Shown here one piece after another: positions 46,600-56,350 of a stretch of DNA of 64,000 bases (within the stretch, counting starts at the first letter, position 1; every line of letters begins with the position of its first letter). Where the stretch lies: the NCBI RefSeq assembly GCF_001677475.2, contig NZ_CP015229.1; one strand, 5' to 3'. The DNA comes from Escherichia coli (GTDB lineage: Bacteria; Pseudomonadota; Gammaproteobacteria; Enterobacterales; Enterobacteriaceae). A program made the translations under genes and the position numbers. The notes under the pieces were generated by a model. It was given only the letters and a program-made list of their open reading frames with translations. It had not been told where the DNA came from and made no database searches.

Positions 46600-46725
46600 C
46601 GCTGATGCCCTCACCCCGACCCTCTCCCACAGGGAGAGGGAGAGAACCAGCGCCGATTTTAATACCGTGCTCGATCGGTTCCCTCGCCCCTTTGGGGAGA
46701 GGGTTAGGGTGAGGGGCAAAGCGCG
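46600..46725. repeat. GC-rich ~120-bp palindromic intergenic repeat (full copy)
   Basis: GCCCTCACCCCGACCCTCTCCCACAGGGAGAGGG ... GGGGAGAGGGTTAGGGTGAGGGG; near-identical copies at 53.96 and 56.24 kb. Confidence 0.5.
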
Positions 46726-46736
46726 CACAGAGCGAC

Positions 46737-47666
46737 TCACGTCAGCAGCGAAAACGCTGAAAGCAGCGGCTCTGCCGCACATAACGACTGAATTTGCTGG
46801 CGAATAAACAGCGCATTTTCACTGGTCCGCCAGCGTTCAAACATGGCGAAGAGGGCGAAAATATCCTCCTTCCGCAGCGGAGAACCATCCAGCGTCCATA
46901 AACTGATTAACGTGCGGATAAGATAAAAATCGCACACCAGCGGGAAATAATCCGCCCCGTCTGCCTGCCCGATCGCATCGTGGTAAACGCGGTAGATCAG
47001 GTAATTACGCAAAATCCAGGGTGAAGTGGTGAAATGCTGCTGCCAGGTAGTTTGCCACTGCGCCTGAAGCTGCTGATGTAACAGGGCTTCGCTGTTGGCG
47101 TCATGCAATGTCAGTAAAGAAACCTGCAACGGCAGCGAGGCTTTGCGCGGGCTTTCCGGCAGAATCGACCAGTCAAACGCAAAACTTCCGAGCAGCGTCA
47201 CCAGCTGGCGTGCCAGCTGTGGCACAGGTGGCAACTGGGCGAACTGTGCCTGTAGCGTACCTTTTCGCGCATGGTCGGCCAGCGCCTGCGGCAGCGTCGT
47301 CAAACGGGCCAGAGTATCGCCATTCTTGCCCGGCATTTTACTGGCGCGGGAGAGCAGGATACCGACGGCATACAGTGACAATTCCGGGGTTAAATCGGCG
47401 AGCGTAAGGGTGCTCAAAATGACCTGGTTTAATATCACATCGCGTGCGGAAAGCTCACTGGCACTCTCTTCCATAGACCGATAGGTGAGCTGTAATTCAA
47501 ACGCACTGGCGTCGTTGAGCACCGCTTCGCAGCTTTCTGGCTCTGTAAGCATCAGACTCAGGCGAATTTCATTTTTCCATACCTTGCGGACATACAAAGG
47601 CGAACCAGGATGTTGTGCAATAAATTTGCGCACAAATTCAGGTTCGTAACATTCAATAAAACTCAT
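46737..47666 (-). CDS. Hypothetical protein within Flag-2 locus
   Basis: Roughly 310-aa ORF, no recognised motifs; start uncertain. Confidence 0.45.
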   Translation of the reverse strand: MSFIECYEPEFVRKFIAQHPGSPLYVRKVWKNEIRLSLMLTEPESCEAVLNDASAFELQLTYRSMEESASELSARDVILNQVILSTLTLADLTPELSLYAVGILLSRASKMPGKNGDTLARLTTLPQALADHARKGTLQAQFAQLPPVPQLARQLVTLLGSFAFDWSILPESPRKASLPLQVSLLTLHDANSEALLHQQLQAQWQTTWQQHFTTSPWILRNYLIYRVYHDAIGQADGADYFPLVCDFYLIRTLISLWTLDGSPLRKEDIFALFAMFERWRTSENALFIRQQIQSLCAAEPLLSAFSLLT

Positions 47667-47793
47667 AGGAGGCTTCCAGTCTTTAATGCTGAACAGGAAT
47701 TGCAATTACCGTGCCGGAAAATTTTTTAATATAAAACAAAGAATTGTTTTTCAGGCGGAAAATCCATTTCCGCTATGGGGGAAGGAATGGTCA

Positions 47794-48222
47794 TTATTCC
47801 TGATAAATAAAATCCGCTTCGCTGCCTAAAAAAGACTGAATAAATTCATACTGACGAATCAACAATTCACCGTTTTTATCGTTATACGCCTTACAGCGTT
47901 CGGCTTTTTGTTCAAGTCGTTGCCACAAGCGTTGTGCCGCCTCTTTTTGTACGGCGGGTAACCAGTTAAAAATCTGCTCTAAACCTTCCCGATTGACACT
48001 GACGCCGAGAAATTTCAGCAGGCTGTGGCGTTGTTGGCTGTGGCTGTTTAACTGATCGTAGTGATGCATTATCTCATCATTCACCGCCAGTAATTCCTCA
48101 CTCGCGCGGCGAATCATGCAGATCCGCTGACGATGGAGAAGTTCGCGCAGGGAATCGTAAAGCGCGTCATCGTCACGAATTCCCTGCAACAACGCCTTCA
48201 CCTGTTGTAACCGGATACTCAC
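47794..48222 (-). CDS. lfgN: Flag-2 chaperone LfgN (FlgN homologue)
   Basis: 142 aa, position after flgM homologue. Confidence 0.65.
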   Translation of the reverse strand: MSIRLQQVKALLQGIRDDDALYDSLRELLHRQRICMIRRASEELLAVNDEIMHHYDQLNSHSQQRHSLLKFLGVSVNREGLEQIFNWLPAVQKEAAQRLWQRLEQKAERCKAYNDKNGELLIRQYEFIQSFLGSEADFIYQE

Positions 48223-48234
48223 TTCATCGGCCTC

Positions 48235-48513
48235 TTAGTTCTGGAAAAAACTCAGCATGTCGCTGGCTAACTGTTCGGTGTCCACTTGCAGGCTGCCGGA
48301 GGCCAGCATCGCCTGCATTTGCTCCACTTTGTCGCTGTCGATATCGCTCTCTTGCTGGTCGTTCAGCGTTTGCTGGGCAGACTGCAATCCCGCCTGGGTA
48401 ATGTCGTCGGCGCTTAGCGTCGTGGTGGTGGTCGCTGTGCTTTTACGCGGCTGGCTGGAGCCTGCCGTTGTGGCTGTCGGGCGATTGCCTGGCATAGTCG
48501 GGGTGATTTTCAT
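48235..48513 (-). CDS. lfgM: Flag-2 anti-sigma factor LfgM (FlgM homologue)
   Basis: 92 aa; Thr/Ser-rich N-terminus and FlgM-like C-terminal helix region. Confidence 0.7.
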   Translation of the reverse strand: MKITPTMPGNRPTATTAGSSQPRKSTATTTTTLSADDITQAGLQSAQQTLNDQQESDIDSDKVEQMQAMLASGSLQVDTEQLASDMLSFFQN

Positions 48514-48593
48514 CGCAACCTCGTCTCGGTATTTAGGTGGGTTACTCCGGTAAAGCGGTTAACAGGCGGCAAAACTTTAATCGCCTGCGCAAA

Positions 48594-49331
48594 TTACTCC
48601 GCGCCTACCGTCGTCACCACGCCGCTTTCCGCCACCATCGCGCTGATGACCCGCTGGCTGCTGGCGTTACGTACTTTCACCATCTCGCCTTTGCGACCAT
48701 TTTTCAGCGCCACGCCGGGCATCGAGGCGGTGATCCCCGCGTTCTGGAAAACAATCATCACCGGCTGATCGCGCTCGACCAGCACCGGAGACACCAGTTC
48801 TTCTTTGGTAAGCGGCCTGCCTGGTTGCAGCGCGTGCTTACTGCTTAAACCAATCGCGTCATCGAGCTCCATCAACACATCGCGACGCTGGGCGCTGACG
48901 TTGTAGGGCTTCAGCTCCACATCATTCGCGGTGAGAGGCGTATCGCGGGCAATCAGTGACTTCGCCATCACCACCGGCACCAGAACATCCGGGCGCACCG
49001 CCACGTTCATCTGCCAGCTTTGCGGGCAACTGACGGTGAAGTTCATGCGGTTGAGGGCGATTTCCGCAGGCGATGTCAGCGTGACGCCGGGTGTTGTAAT
49101 ACAGGGCGCGGCGGTCGCAATCTGCGACGGAATATAGACCTTAAAGGTGTAGCGATAGTCATGCCATTGCCGCTGTTGCGCCAGCGATTCAATTTCCTGG
49201 CTCGCGGCATTCAGCACCTGGGCGTTGACTTGTTCCCGCGCGCTGTGTTGCACGGGGTGGACGGCGGCGTAGCCCGGTAAGGCCAGCACCAGGAGGAAGA
49301 ACAACTTCCGCCTGCAAAATTGAAAACTCAT
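48594..49331 (-). CDS. lfgA: Flag-2 P-ring assembly chaperone LfgA (FlgA homologue)
   Basis: 245 aa, signal peptide, FlgA-like C-terminal domain; divergent from lfgB. Confidence 0.8.
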   Translation of the reverse strand: MSFQFCRRKLFFLLVLALPGYAAVHPVQHSAREQVNAQVLNAASQEIESLAQQRQWHDYRYTFKVYIPSQIATAAPCITTPGVTLTSPAEIALNRMNFTVSCPQSWQMNVAVRPDVLVPVVMAKSLIARDTPLTANDVELKPYNVSAQRRDVLMELDDAIGLSSKHALQPGRPLTKEELVSPVLVERDQPVMIVFQNAGITASMPGVALKNGRKGEMVKVRNASSQRVISAMVAESGVVTTVGAE

Positions 49332-49360
49332 AAACCCTTTCTCATCAGTGACTTAAAAAA

Positions 49361-49376
49361 TGGCACGGCGATTGCT
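49361..49376 (+). promoter_or_regulatory. Sigma-54 (-24/-12) promoter candidate for lfgB operon
   Basis: TGGCAC-GGCGA-TTGCT matches TGGCAC-N5-TTGCW, about 35 bp upstream of the lfgB start. Confidence 0.55.
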
Positions 49377-49412
49377 TAGCGTATGCGTATTGAAGCAGGA
49401 GTGACGCAGGAA

Positions 49413-49748
49413 ATGGGGATCAGTTTTCAACAGGCATTGGGAGTGCATCCGCAGGCAGTGAAGTTACGTCTTGAGAGGACCGAGCTACTGACTGCGAATC
49501 TGGCGAATGTCGATACGCCAAATTTCAAGGCTAAAGATATTGATTTTGCCAGGGAGATGCAACGGGCAAATAACGTGGCGGTGGATGTCCAGTACCGCGT
49601 GCCGATGCAGCCGTCGGAAGATGGCAACACCGTGGAACTGAACAGCGAACAGGCGCGGTTTTCACAAAATAGTATGGATTATCAAAGCAGTTTGACCTTT
49701 CTGAATCTGCAAATTAGCGGCATCAGAGAGGCCATTGAAGGGAAATAA
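49413..49748 (+). CDS. lfgB: Flag-2 rod protein LfgB (FlgB homologue)
   Basis: About 111 aa with ...ANLANVDTPNFKAKD... rod-protein N-terminal motif. Confidence 0.85.
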   Translation: MGISFQQALGVHPQAVKLRLERTELLTANLANVDTPNFKAKDIDFAREMQRANNVAVDVQYRVPMQPSEDGNTVELNSEQARFSQNSMDYQSSLTFLNLQISGIREAIEGK

Positions 49749-49750
49749 GC

Positions 49751-50182
49751 ATGTCATTTACTGATATCTATCAGATTTCCGGCTCGGCGATGACGGCGCA
49801 AACGCTACGTCTGAATACCGTCGCCAGTAACCTGGCGAATGCTAATGCGCCCGCCAGCAGCGAGGCGCAGGCGTATAAAGCGCGCAGCCCGGTGTTTGCG
49901 GCGGTGTATCACCACAGCTTGCTGGCGGGTACACATCGTCATGCCATTGACGGTGCCAGCGTGCAGGTGCAGGACGTGCTGCAAACCGGCGGGGCGGTGA
50001 AACGCTATGAACCGCATTCACCTCTGGCGGATGCTAACGGGGATGTCTGGTATCCCGACGTCAACGTGGTGGAACAGATGGCGGACATGATGTCGGCTTC
50101 GCGCGATTTTGAAACCAACGTCGATGTGCTCAACAACGTGAAAAGTATGCAGCAAAGTTTGCTGAAACTGGGAGAAGCCTGA
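49751..50182 (+). CDS. lfgC: Flag-2 rod protein LfgC (FlgC homologue)
   Basis: 143 aa, ...SNLANANAP... motif. Confidence 0.9.
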   Translation: MSFTDIYQISGSAMTAQTLRLNTVASNLANANAPASSEAQAYKARSPVFAAVYHHSLLAGTHRHAIDGASVQVQDVLQTGGAVKRYEPHSPLADANGDVWYPDVNVVEQMADMMSASRDFETNVDVLNNVKSMQQSLLKLGEA

Positions 50183-50895
50183 TGAATACCCTGGCGCTGA
50201 ATGCGCAATCGCCGCAGCCGACCGCCACGGCGGAAAGCAATAATGTGGCGGCCAGCGACACGACAAGCAGCAGCGATAGCTCGCCCGTCGATACCTTCCT
50301 GACGCTGTTTGTCGCCGAGATCCAAAACCAGGACCCGACCGACCCAACCGACGCCACCGAATATATCGACCAGCTTTCGTCGATGGCGCAGGTGGCGATG
50401 ATGGAAGAGATGAGCGTGCAGGCCAACACCAACGCGGTGCTGATGAGCAACATTCAGGTGATGGCGCTCGGCAACCTGGTGGGCGACGACATTATGGTAC
50501 AGACCTCCGCCTTGCAGGTAAGCGACCAGACTATTAACGGTCGCGCCACGCTGGACGATGCCTGTACCACTGCCGATCTCCACTTTACCGATGCCGCAGG
50601 CGATGACTACACCGTTTCTCTGATCCCGCAGGGCAGTTCGTCTGTCGGGCCAGGCCAGGTCGATTTCTCGATTAATCCGGCGGATTACGGTATCCCGCCG
50701 GGCGATTACGACGTCTCGGTAGTCACCAACACCGGGGAAGAAGAGGTGCCGATTGAAGTCTCCGGCGAAGTGGAAGATGTGCGCATCCCGCTCGACGGCA
50801 GCTCTCCGGTGCTCAACGTTGCAGGCGTCGGCGAAGTGCCGTTCACCATGATTAGCCAGTTTGGCGTACCCGATGCCGACAGTGATGTGGCGTGA
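50182..50895 (+). CDS. lfgD: Flag-2 hook capping protein LfgD (FlgD homologue)
   Basis: 237 aa; FlgD-like N-terminus (...DTFLTLFVAEIQNQDPTDP...). Confidence 0.8.
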   Translation: MNTLALNAQSPQPTATAESNNVAASDTTSSSDSSPVDTFLTLFVAEIQNQDPTDPTDATEYIDQLSSMAQVAMMEEMSVQANTNAVLMSNIQVMALGNLVGDDIMVQTSALQVSDQTINGRATLDDACTTADLHFTDAAGDDYTVSLIPQGSSSVGPGQVDFSINPADYGIPPGDYDVSVVTNTGEEEVPIEVSGEVEDVRIPLDGSSPVLNVAGVGEVPFTMISQFGVPDADSDVA

Positions 50896-50995
50896 TGTCC
50901 GGTGCCAAATTGCCTGATGCGCTTCGCTTATCAGGCCTACATGAATCTGCATGGTTTTGTAGGCCGGATAAGGTGTTCACGCCGCATCCGGCAAA
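50895..50995. repeat. REP pair
   Basis: GCCTGATGCGCTTCGCTTATCAGGCCTAC and GTAGGCCGGATAAGGTGTTCACGCCGCATCCGGC. Confidence 0.5.
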
Positions 50996-51038
50996 ACAAC
51001 GGGCACGCTGTCAAAATTTGAATTAACAGGAAGACACA

Positions 51039-52241
51039 ATGAGTTATGAAATTGCCGCAACGGGGCTGAATGCCGTTAACGAACAGCTGGACGGGATCAG
51101 TAACAACATCGCCAACGCCGGAACGGTGGGCTATAAGTCGATGACCACCCAGTTTTCCGCCATGTATGCCGGAAGTCAGGCGATGGGCGTCAGCGTGGCG
51201 GGCACCGCGCAAAGCATTTCGCGCGGCGGTTCGCTGGTCTCCACCGGTAACGCGCTCGATTTAGCGATTAACAACGATGGCTTTTTTGTTACCTGCGACA
51301 GCGCGGGCAACATTTCCTACACCCGCGCCGGATCGTTTGAAACCGACAAAAACGGCTATATCGTCAACGCCTCAGGCGCTTATTTGCAGGGCTACCCGGT
51401 CGATGACAGCGGCACTTTGCAAACCGGTACAGTCACAGATATCCAGATCAAAACCGGTAATATTCCGGCGCAGGCCAGCAGCAGCCTGACTTTTACCGCT
51501 AACTTCAACGCCAGCGATGAAGCTATCGACCGCACCACCGTACCGTTCGACCCGACCAACAGCAGCTCGTACACCGACAGCTACACCACCACGGTGTATG
51601 ACTCATTAGGCAACGAACATTCGGTATGCCAGTACTTCACCAAAACCAGCGATAACACCTGGGAAGTACAGTACACCTTCGACGGTCAGCAGCAGACCGG
51701 CGTTCCGGCGACGACGTTAACCTTCGACCCGAACACCGGGAAGCTGACTTCGCCAACCACGCCGCAGACCATTGAGTTTCAGACCGACGCAGCCGCACCC
51801 ATCGACTTAACCGTCGATTACTCGACCTGTACGCAATACGGCTCGGACTTCTCGGTCACCACCAACTCTGCCAACGGCTACGCTTCCGCGACTCAAAACG
51901 GTGTGCAGGTCGATGACGATGGCAAAGTTTACGCTACCTACAGCAACGGCGAGCGCATGTTGCAGGGGCAGGTGGTGCTGGCGACCTTCCCGAATGAAAA
52001 CGGCCTGGAGGCAGTGAGCGGCACCGCGTGGGTACAAACGGGCGAATCCGGCACCCCGCTGATTGGCGTTCCCGGCTCCGGCACCTGCGGCACGCTGTCG
52101 TCGGGCGTGCTCGAAAGCTCTAACGTCGATATCACCAGCGAACTGGTCAACCTGATGACCGCCCAGCGTAACTATCAGGCCAACACCAAAGTTATCGCTA
52201 CCAGCACGCAGCTCGATGACGCGCTGTTCCAGGCAATGTAA
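51039..52241 (+). CDS. lfgE: Flag-2 hook protein LfgE (FlgE homologue)
   Basis: 400 aa, conserved N- and C-terminal rod/hook motifs. Confidence 0.88.
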   Translation: MSYEIAATGLNAVNEQLDGISNNIANAGTVGYKSMTTQFSAMYAGSQAMGVSVAGTAQSISRGGSLVSTGNALDLAINNDGFFVTCDSAGNISYTRAGSFETDKNGYIVNASGAYLQGYPVDDSGTLQTGTVTDIQIKTGNIPAQASSSLTFTANFNASDEAIDRTTVPFDPTNSSSYTDSYTTTVYDSLGNEHSVCQYFTKTSDNTWEVQYTFDGQQQTGVPATTLTFDPNTGKLTSPTTPQTIEFQTDAAAPIDLTVDYSTCTQYGSDFSVTTNSANGYASATQNGVQVDDDGKVYATYSNGERMLQGQVVLATFPNENGLEAVSGTAWVQTGESGTPLIGVPGSGTCGTLSSGVLESSNVDITSELVNLMTAQRNYQANTKVIATSTQLDDALFQAM

Positions 52242-52978
52242 TGGATCGCTTGATTTATACCGCCCTGAGCGGTGCTTCTCAGACCCTGTACGAGCAGCAG
52301 ATTAGCGCAAACAACCTGGCGAACGTCAACACCAATGGTTTTCGCGCCGATATGGCAATGGCAACCAACGACAAGGTGAAAGGCGGCGGCTTCGACACGC
52401 GCTATATGGCGCAGGAAGGGGCCAGCGGCGTGAACGACAGCACGGGTGTAGCGGAGAAAACCGAACGCCCGCTGGACGTGGCGATTCAGGGCGCGGGTTA
52501 CATTGCGGTGCAGGATAAAAACGGCAACGAAGTTTATACCCGCAACGGCAACATTCAGCAGGACGACCAGGGTCAACTGACTATCGACGGCAATCTGGTG
52601 CTGGGGGATAACGGGCCGATCATTCTGCCGCCGAACGCCATTGCTTCGTTTGGCAGCGACGGCACGTTGTCGGTGACGCCCGATGACGGCGACGTGACCG
52701 CGACGATGGATATCGACCGCCTGAAGCTGGTGGATATTCCGGTCGCTAACCTGGCGAAAAACGGCGAAGGGATGCTGGTAACTGCCGACGGCGTACCGGC
52801 TCAGCGCGATGAAAACATCAAAGTTAGCGGTGGTTTTCTGGAGGGCAGTAACGTCTCGGCGGTGAGTGAGATGATGTCGTCCATCGCCATGAACCGCCAG
52901 TTCGAAGCGCAGATCAAGATGATGAAAACCGCCGAAGATATCAGCGACGCGGGCAACCGCTTATTGCGCGGCTCGTAA
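52241..52978 (+). CDS. lfgF: Flag-2 rod protein LfgF (FlgF homologue)
   Basis: 245 aa rod-family protein. Confidence 0.88.
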   Translation: MDRLIYTALSGASQTLYEQQISANNLANVNTNGFRADMAMATNDKVKGGGFDTRYMAQEGASGVNDSTGVAEKTERPLDVAIQGAGYIAVQDKNGNEVYTRNGNIQQDDQGQLTIDGNLVLGDNGPIILPPNAIASFGSDGTLSVTPDDGDVTATMDIDRLKLVDIPVANLAKNGEGMLVTADGVPAQRDENIKVSGGFLEGSNVSAVSEMMSSIAMNRQFEAQIKMMKTAEDISDAGNRLLRGS

Positions 52979-52979
52979 C

Positions 52980-53115
52980 CGCACATCGTAGGCCGGATAA
53001 GGCGTTCACGCCGCATCCGGCAGTTATGCGGTGGCGCCTGATGCGACGCTTTGCGTCTTATCAGGCCTACAAGCCTGTGCCCAAACCGTAGGCCGGATAA
53101 GGCGTTCACGCCGCA
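52980..53115. repeat. REP cluster (three units)
   Basis: Three copies of GCCGGATAAGGCGTTCACGCCGCATCCGGC-type units in alternating orientation. Confidence 0.55.
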
Positions 53116-53156
53116 TCCGGCAATCGGCGGCAAAAAACAACACGGAATTTACCACC

Positions 53157-53942
53157 ATGAACGCAGCACTATGGAGCAGCAAAACCGGCCTCTCAGCGCA
53201 GGATGCTGAAATGAGCGCGATTGCCAACAACATCGCCAACGTTAACACCACCGGCTTCAAGCGTGACCGGGTGATGTTTCAGGATCTGTTCTACCAGACC
53301 CAGGAAGCGCCGGGCGCGATGCTCGACCAGAACAACATCATGCCGACCGGGCTGCAATTCGGTAGCGGCGTGCGCATTGTCGGCACCCAAAAAACCTTCA
53401 CCGAAGGCAACGTCGAAACCACCGACAACGCGATGAATGTCGCCATTATGGGGCAGGGGTTTTTGCAGGTGCAAAAGGCTAATGGCGATATCGCCTATAC
53501 CCGCGACGGCAATTTGCAGGTGAACGCCGACGGCGTACTGACCAACTCGCAGGGCTTGCCGTTGCAGCCGGAAATCGATGTTCCGGCGGGGGCGACCAAT
53601 GTTGCGTTTGGCGAAGATGGTACGGTGACGGCGATTCTTCCTGGCGACAGCGACGTGACCGAGTTAGGGCAACTGACGCTGGTTAACTTCGCTAACCCGG
53701 CGGGGCTTTCCGCTGAGGGTGACAACCTCTATCTGGAAACCGCCGCCAGCGGTCAGCCGACCGAAGGTGTGCCGGGCGAAGATGGGCTTGGCACTTTGCA
53801 GGACAATGCACTGGAAGGCTCGAACGTGGATATCGTCAACGAAATGGTGGCGATGATTACGGTGCAACGCGCGTACGAGATGAACGCCAAAATGGTGTCG
53901 GCAGCGGACGATATGTTGCAGTACATCAGCCAGACGCTGTAA
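53157..53942 (+). CDS. lfgG: Flag-2 distal rod protein LfgG (FlgG homologue)
   Basis: About 261 aa from MNAALWSSKTGLSAQ...; upstream part of track ORF is REP sequence. Confidence 0.9.
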   Translation: MNAALWSSKTGLSAQDAEMSAIANNIANVNTTGFKRDRVMFQDLFYQTQEAPGAMLDQNNIMPTGLQFGSGVRIVGTQKTFTEGNVETTDNAMNVAIMGQGFLQVQKANGDIAYTRDGNLQVNADGVLTNSQGLPLQPEIDVPAGATNVAFGEDGTVTAILPGDSDVTELGQLTLVNFANPAGLSAEGDNLYLETAASGQPTEGVPGEDGLGTLQDNALEGSNVDIVNEMVAMITVQRAYEMNAKMVSAADDMLQYISQTL

Positions 53943-53954
53943 GGGCGTGGGGGC

Positions 53955-54085
53955 AATGTGTGGCCTGATGCCCTCACCCCGGCCCTCTCCCACAGGGAGA
54001 GGGAGAAAAGCGGCGCACGATGTAACAACGCGCACAGGTCAGTCCCCTCGCCCCTTCGGGGAGAGGGTTAGGGTGAGGGGGAACA
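53955..54085. repeat. GC-rich ~120-bp palindromic intergenic repeat (full copy)
   Basis: Same element as at 46.6 kb. Confidence 0.5.
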
Positions 54086-54148
54086 AACAGCTCCGCACCC
54101 ACCAAACAACCGGCCACCCCGTGGCCTGCAACACTAAACAGGCAGAAC

Positions 54149-54814
54149 GTGAAAAATTATCTCTGGCTGGTGGCACTGCTTCCCCTGCTTAGCGGGTGTG
54201 AATCGCAGGCTATTCTGGTCAAAAAAGACGACGCATACTTTGCGCCACCGAAAACCGAAGCGCCGCCTCCGGCAGACGGGCGTGCCGGAGGCGTGTTTGA
54301 AACTGGCTACAACTGGTCGCTCACCGCCGACCGACGAGCTTACCGTGTGGGCGATATCCTGACGGTGATTCTCGAAGAATCGACCCAGTCGAGCAAACAG
54401 GCGAAAACCAACTTTGGCAAAAGCAACAGTGTCGATATCACCGCGCCAACGGTATTCGGTCACACCAAAAATAAGCTTTCCGGTTCCATCGACGCCAACC
54501 GCGACTTTGACGGCAGCGCCACCTCCCAGCAGCAGAATAGCCTGCGCGGGGAGATCACCGTTTCCGTCCATGCGGTGCAGCCCAACGGCATCCTGGAAAT
54601 TCGCGGCGAGAAATGGCTCACCCTCAACCAGGGTGATGAGTACATCCGCTTGAGCGGCCTGGTACGCGCCGATGATATCCAGAACGACAACTCGGTTTCC
54701 TCCCAGCGGATCGCCGATGCCCGCATCTCCTATGCCGGACGCGGCGCGTTAAGCGACGCCAACGCCGCAGGTTGGCTGACGCGGCTGTTTAACCATCCTC
54801 TGTTCCCGATTTAA
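54149..54814 (+). CDS. lfgH: Flag-2 L-ring lipoprotein LfgH (FlgH homologue)
   Basis: Lipobox LLSGC; FlgH-like. Confidence 0.88.
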   Translation: MKNYLWLVALLPLLSGCESQAILVKKDDAYFAPPKTEAPPPADGRAGGVFETGYNWSLTADRRAYRVGDILTVILEESTQSSKQAKTNFGKSNSVDITAPTVFGHTKNKLSGSIDANRDFDGSATSQQQNSLRGEITVSVHAVQPNGILEIRGEKWLTLNQGDEYIRLSGLVRADDIQNDNSVSSQRIADARISYAGRGALSDANAAGWLTRLFNHPLFPI

Positions 54815-54828
54815 TGCCGGAGAGTGCA

Positions 54829-55929
54829 ATGCAAAACTGGATAAAGACGGTGATGATCGCCGTAAGCCTGGTGCTGCCCGGCGTGGCGCTGGCGCAATCG
54901 CTGGAGTCGCTGGTCAACGTACAGGGCGTGCGTGAAAACCAACTGGTCGGCTATAGCCTGGTGGTCGGCCTTGACGGCACTGGCGATAAAAACCAGGTCA
55001 AATTCACTAACCAGACCATCACCAATATGCTGCGCCAGTTTGGCGTGCAACTGCCGAATAAAATCGACCCGAAGGTGAAAAACGTCGCCGCGGTGGCGGT
55101 GAGCGCCACGCTGCCGCCGATGTACTCGCGCGGGCAAACCATTGACGTCACCGTCTCGTCGATTGGCGATGCCAAAAGTATTCGCGGCGGCACTTTGCTG
55201 CTGACCCAACTGCACGGCGCAGATGGCGAAGTTTATGCCCTGGCGCAGGGTAGCGTGGTGGTCGGCGGGATGAATGCCACCGGGGCCAGCGGCTCAAGCG
55301 TAACGGTTAATACGCCAACCGCCGGGTTAATTCCCAACGGCGCGACGGTGGAGCGCGAGATCCCCAGCGATTTTCAGATGGGCGATACCATCACCCTCAA
55401 CCTGAAACGTCCGTCGTTTAAAGATGCCAACCACATTGCAGCAGCGATCAACGCCTCGTTTGGCGGCATCGCCACCGCGCAGAGTTCCACCAACGTTACC
55501 GTGCGTGCCCCCACCAGCCCCGGCGCGCGGGTGGCGTTTATGTCGCAACTGGATGATGTGCAGGTGCAGGCGGAGAAAATCCGCGCCCGCGTGGTGTTTA
55601 ACTCACGCACCGGCACGGTGGTAATGGGTGACGGTATCGCGTTGCATGCGGCGGCGGTGTCGCACGGCAGTCTTACTGTCTCGATTAACGAAACCAGCAA
55701 CGTCAGCCAGCCGAATGCCTTTGCCGGTGGGCGCACGGCGGTGACGCCGCAGAGCAATATCGCGGTGAATCATGCGCGCCCTGGCGTGGTGAGCTTGCCG
55801 GAGTCGAGCAGCCTGAAAACGCTGGTGAATGCCCTGAACAGTTTAGGCGCAACGCCGGACGACATTATGTCGATTTTGCAGGCGCTGCATGAAGCGGGCG
55901 CGCTGGATGCCGACCTGGAGGTGATCTGA
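54829..55929 (+). CDS. lfgI: Flag-2 P-ring protein LfgI (FlgI homologue)
   Basis: Signal peptide; FlgI-like; RBS GGAGAG before internal ATG. Confidence 0.9.
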   Translation: MQNWIKTVMIAVSLVLPGVALAQSLESLVNVQGVRENQLVGYSLVVGLDGTGDKNQVKFTNQTITNMLRQFGVQLPNKIDPKVKNVAAVAVSATLPPMYSRGQTIDVTVSSIGDAKSIRGGTLLLTQLHGADGEVYALAQGSVVVGGMNATGASGSSVTVNTPTAGLIPNGATVEREIPSDFQMGDTITLNLKRPSFKDANHIAAAINASFGGIATAQSSTNVTVRAPTSPGARVAFMSQLDDVQVQAEKIRARVVFNSRTGTVVMGDGIALHAAAVSHGSLTVSINETSNVSQPNAFAGGRTAVTPQSNIAVNHARPGVVSLPESSSLKTLVNALNSLGATPDDIMSILQALHEAGALDADLEVI

Positions 55930-56228
55930 TGAAAGTGAACGCCAGCGGTGGGATTGACGGCAGCGACGCGTTAATGGGGCCGAAGGTTCAGGCCAATGAT
56001 ATCAAGCAGGCCGCGGAACAGTTCGAGGCGATTTTTTTACGCAACATGTTGAAAGAGATGCGTAAAACCAACGAGTTGTTTGATTCGAAAGATAACCCAT
56101 TTAACAGCGATTCGGTGCGCATGATGCAGGGGTTTTATGACGATGAGTTGTGTAACACCCTGGCGCAGCAGCACGGGATTGGGATTGCGGCGATGATTGT
56201 AAAGCAGTTGTCGCCGAAGGGGAAATGA
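55929..56228 (+). CDS. lfgJ: Flag-2 FlgJ-like rod-binding protein lacking muramidase domain (LfgJ)
   Basis: 99 aa corresponding to the FlgJ N-terminal rod-binding domain only. Confidence 0.65.
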   Translation: MKVNASGGIDGSDALMGPKVQANDIKQAAEQFEAIFLRNMLKEMRKTNELFDSKDNPFNSDSVRMMQGFYDDELCNTLAQQHGIGIAAMIVKQLSPKGK

Positions 56229-56231
56229 GGG

Positions 56232-56350
56232 GAGGTGCACGCTGATGCCCTCACCCCGGCCCTCTCACTAGGAGAGGGAGCAGACTGGTGCCGTATTTAA
56301 CAATGTGCTCGATCGGTCCCCTCTCCCTTGAGGGAGAGGGTTAGGGTGAG
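56232..56350. repeat. GC-rich ~120-bp palindromic intergenic repeat (full copy, diverged centre)
   Basis: GCCCTCACCCCGGCCCTCTCACTAGGAGAGGGAG ... GAGGGAGAGGGTTAGGGTGAGGGGGC. Confidence 0.5.
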
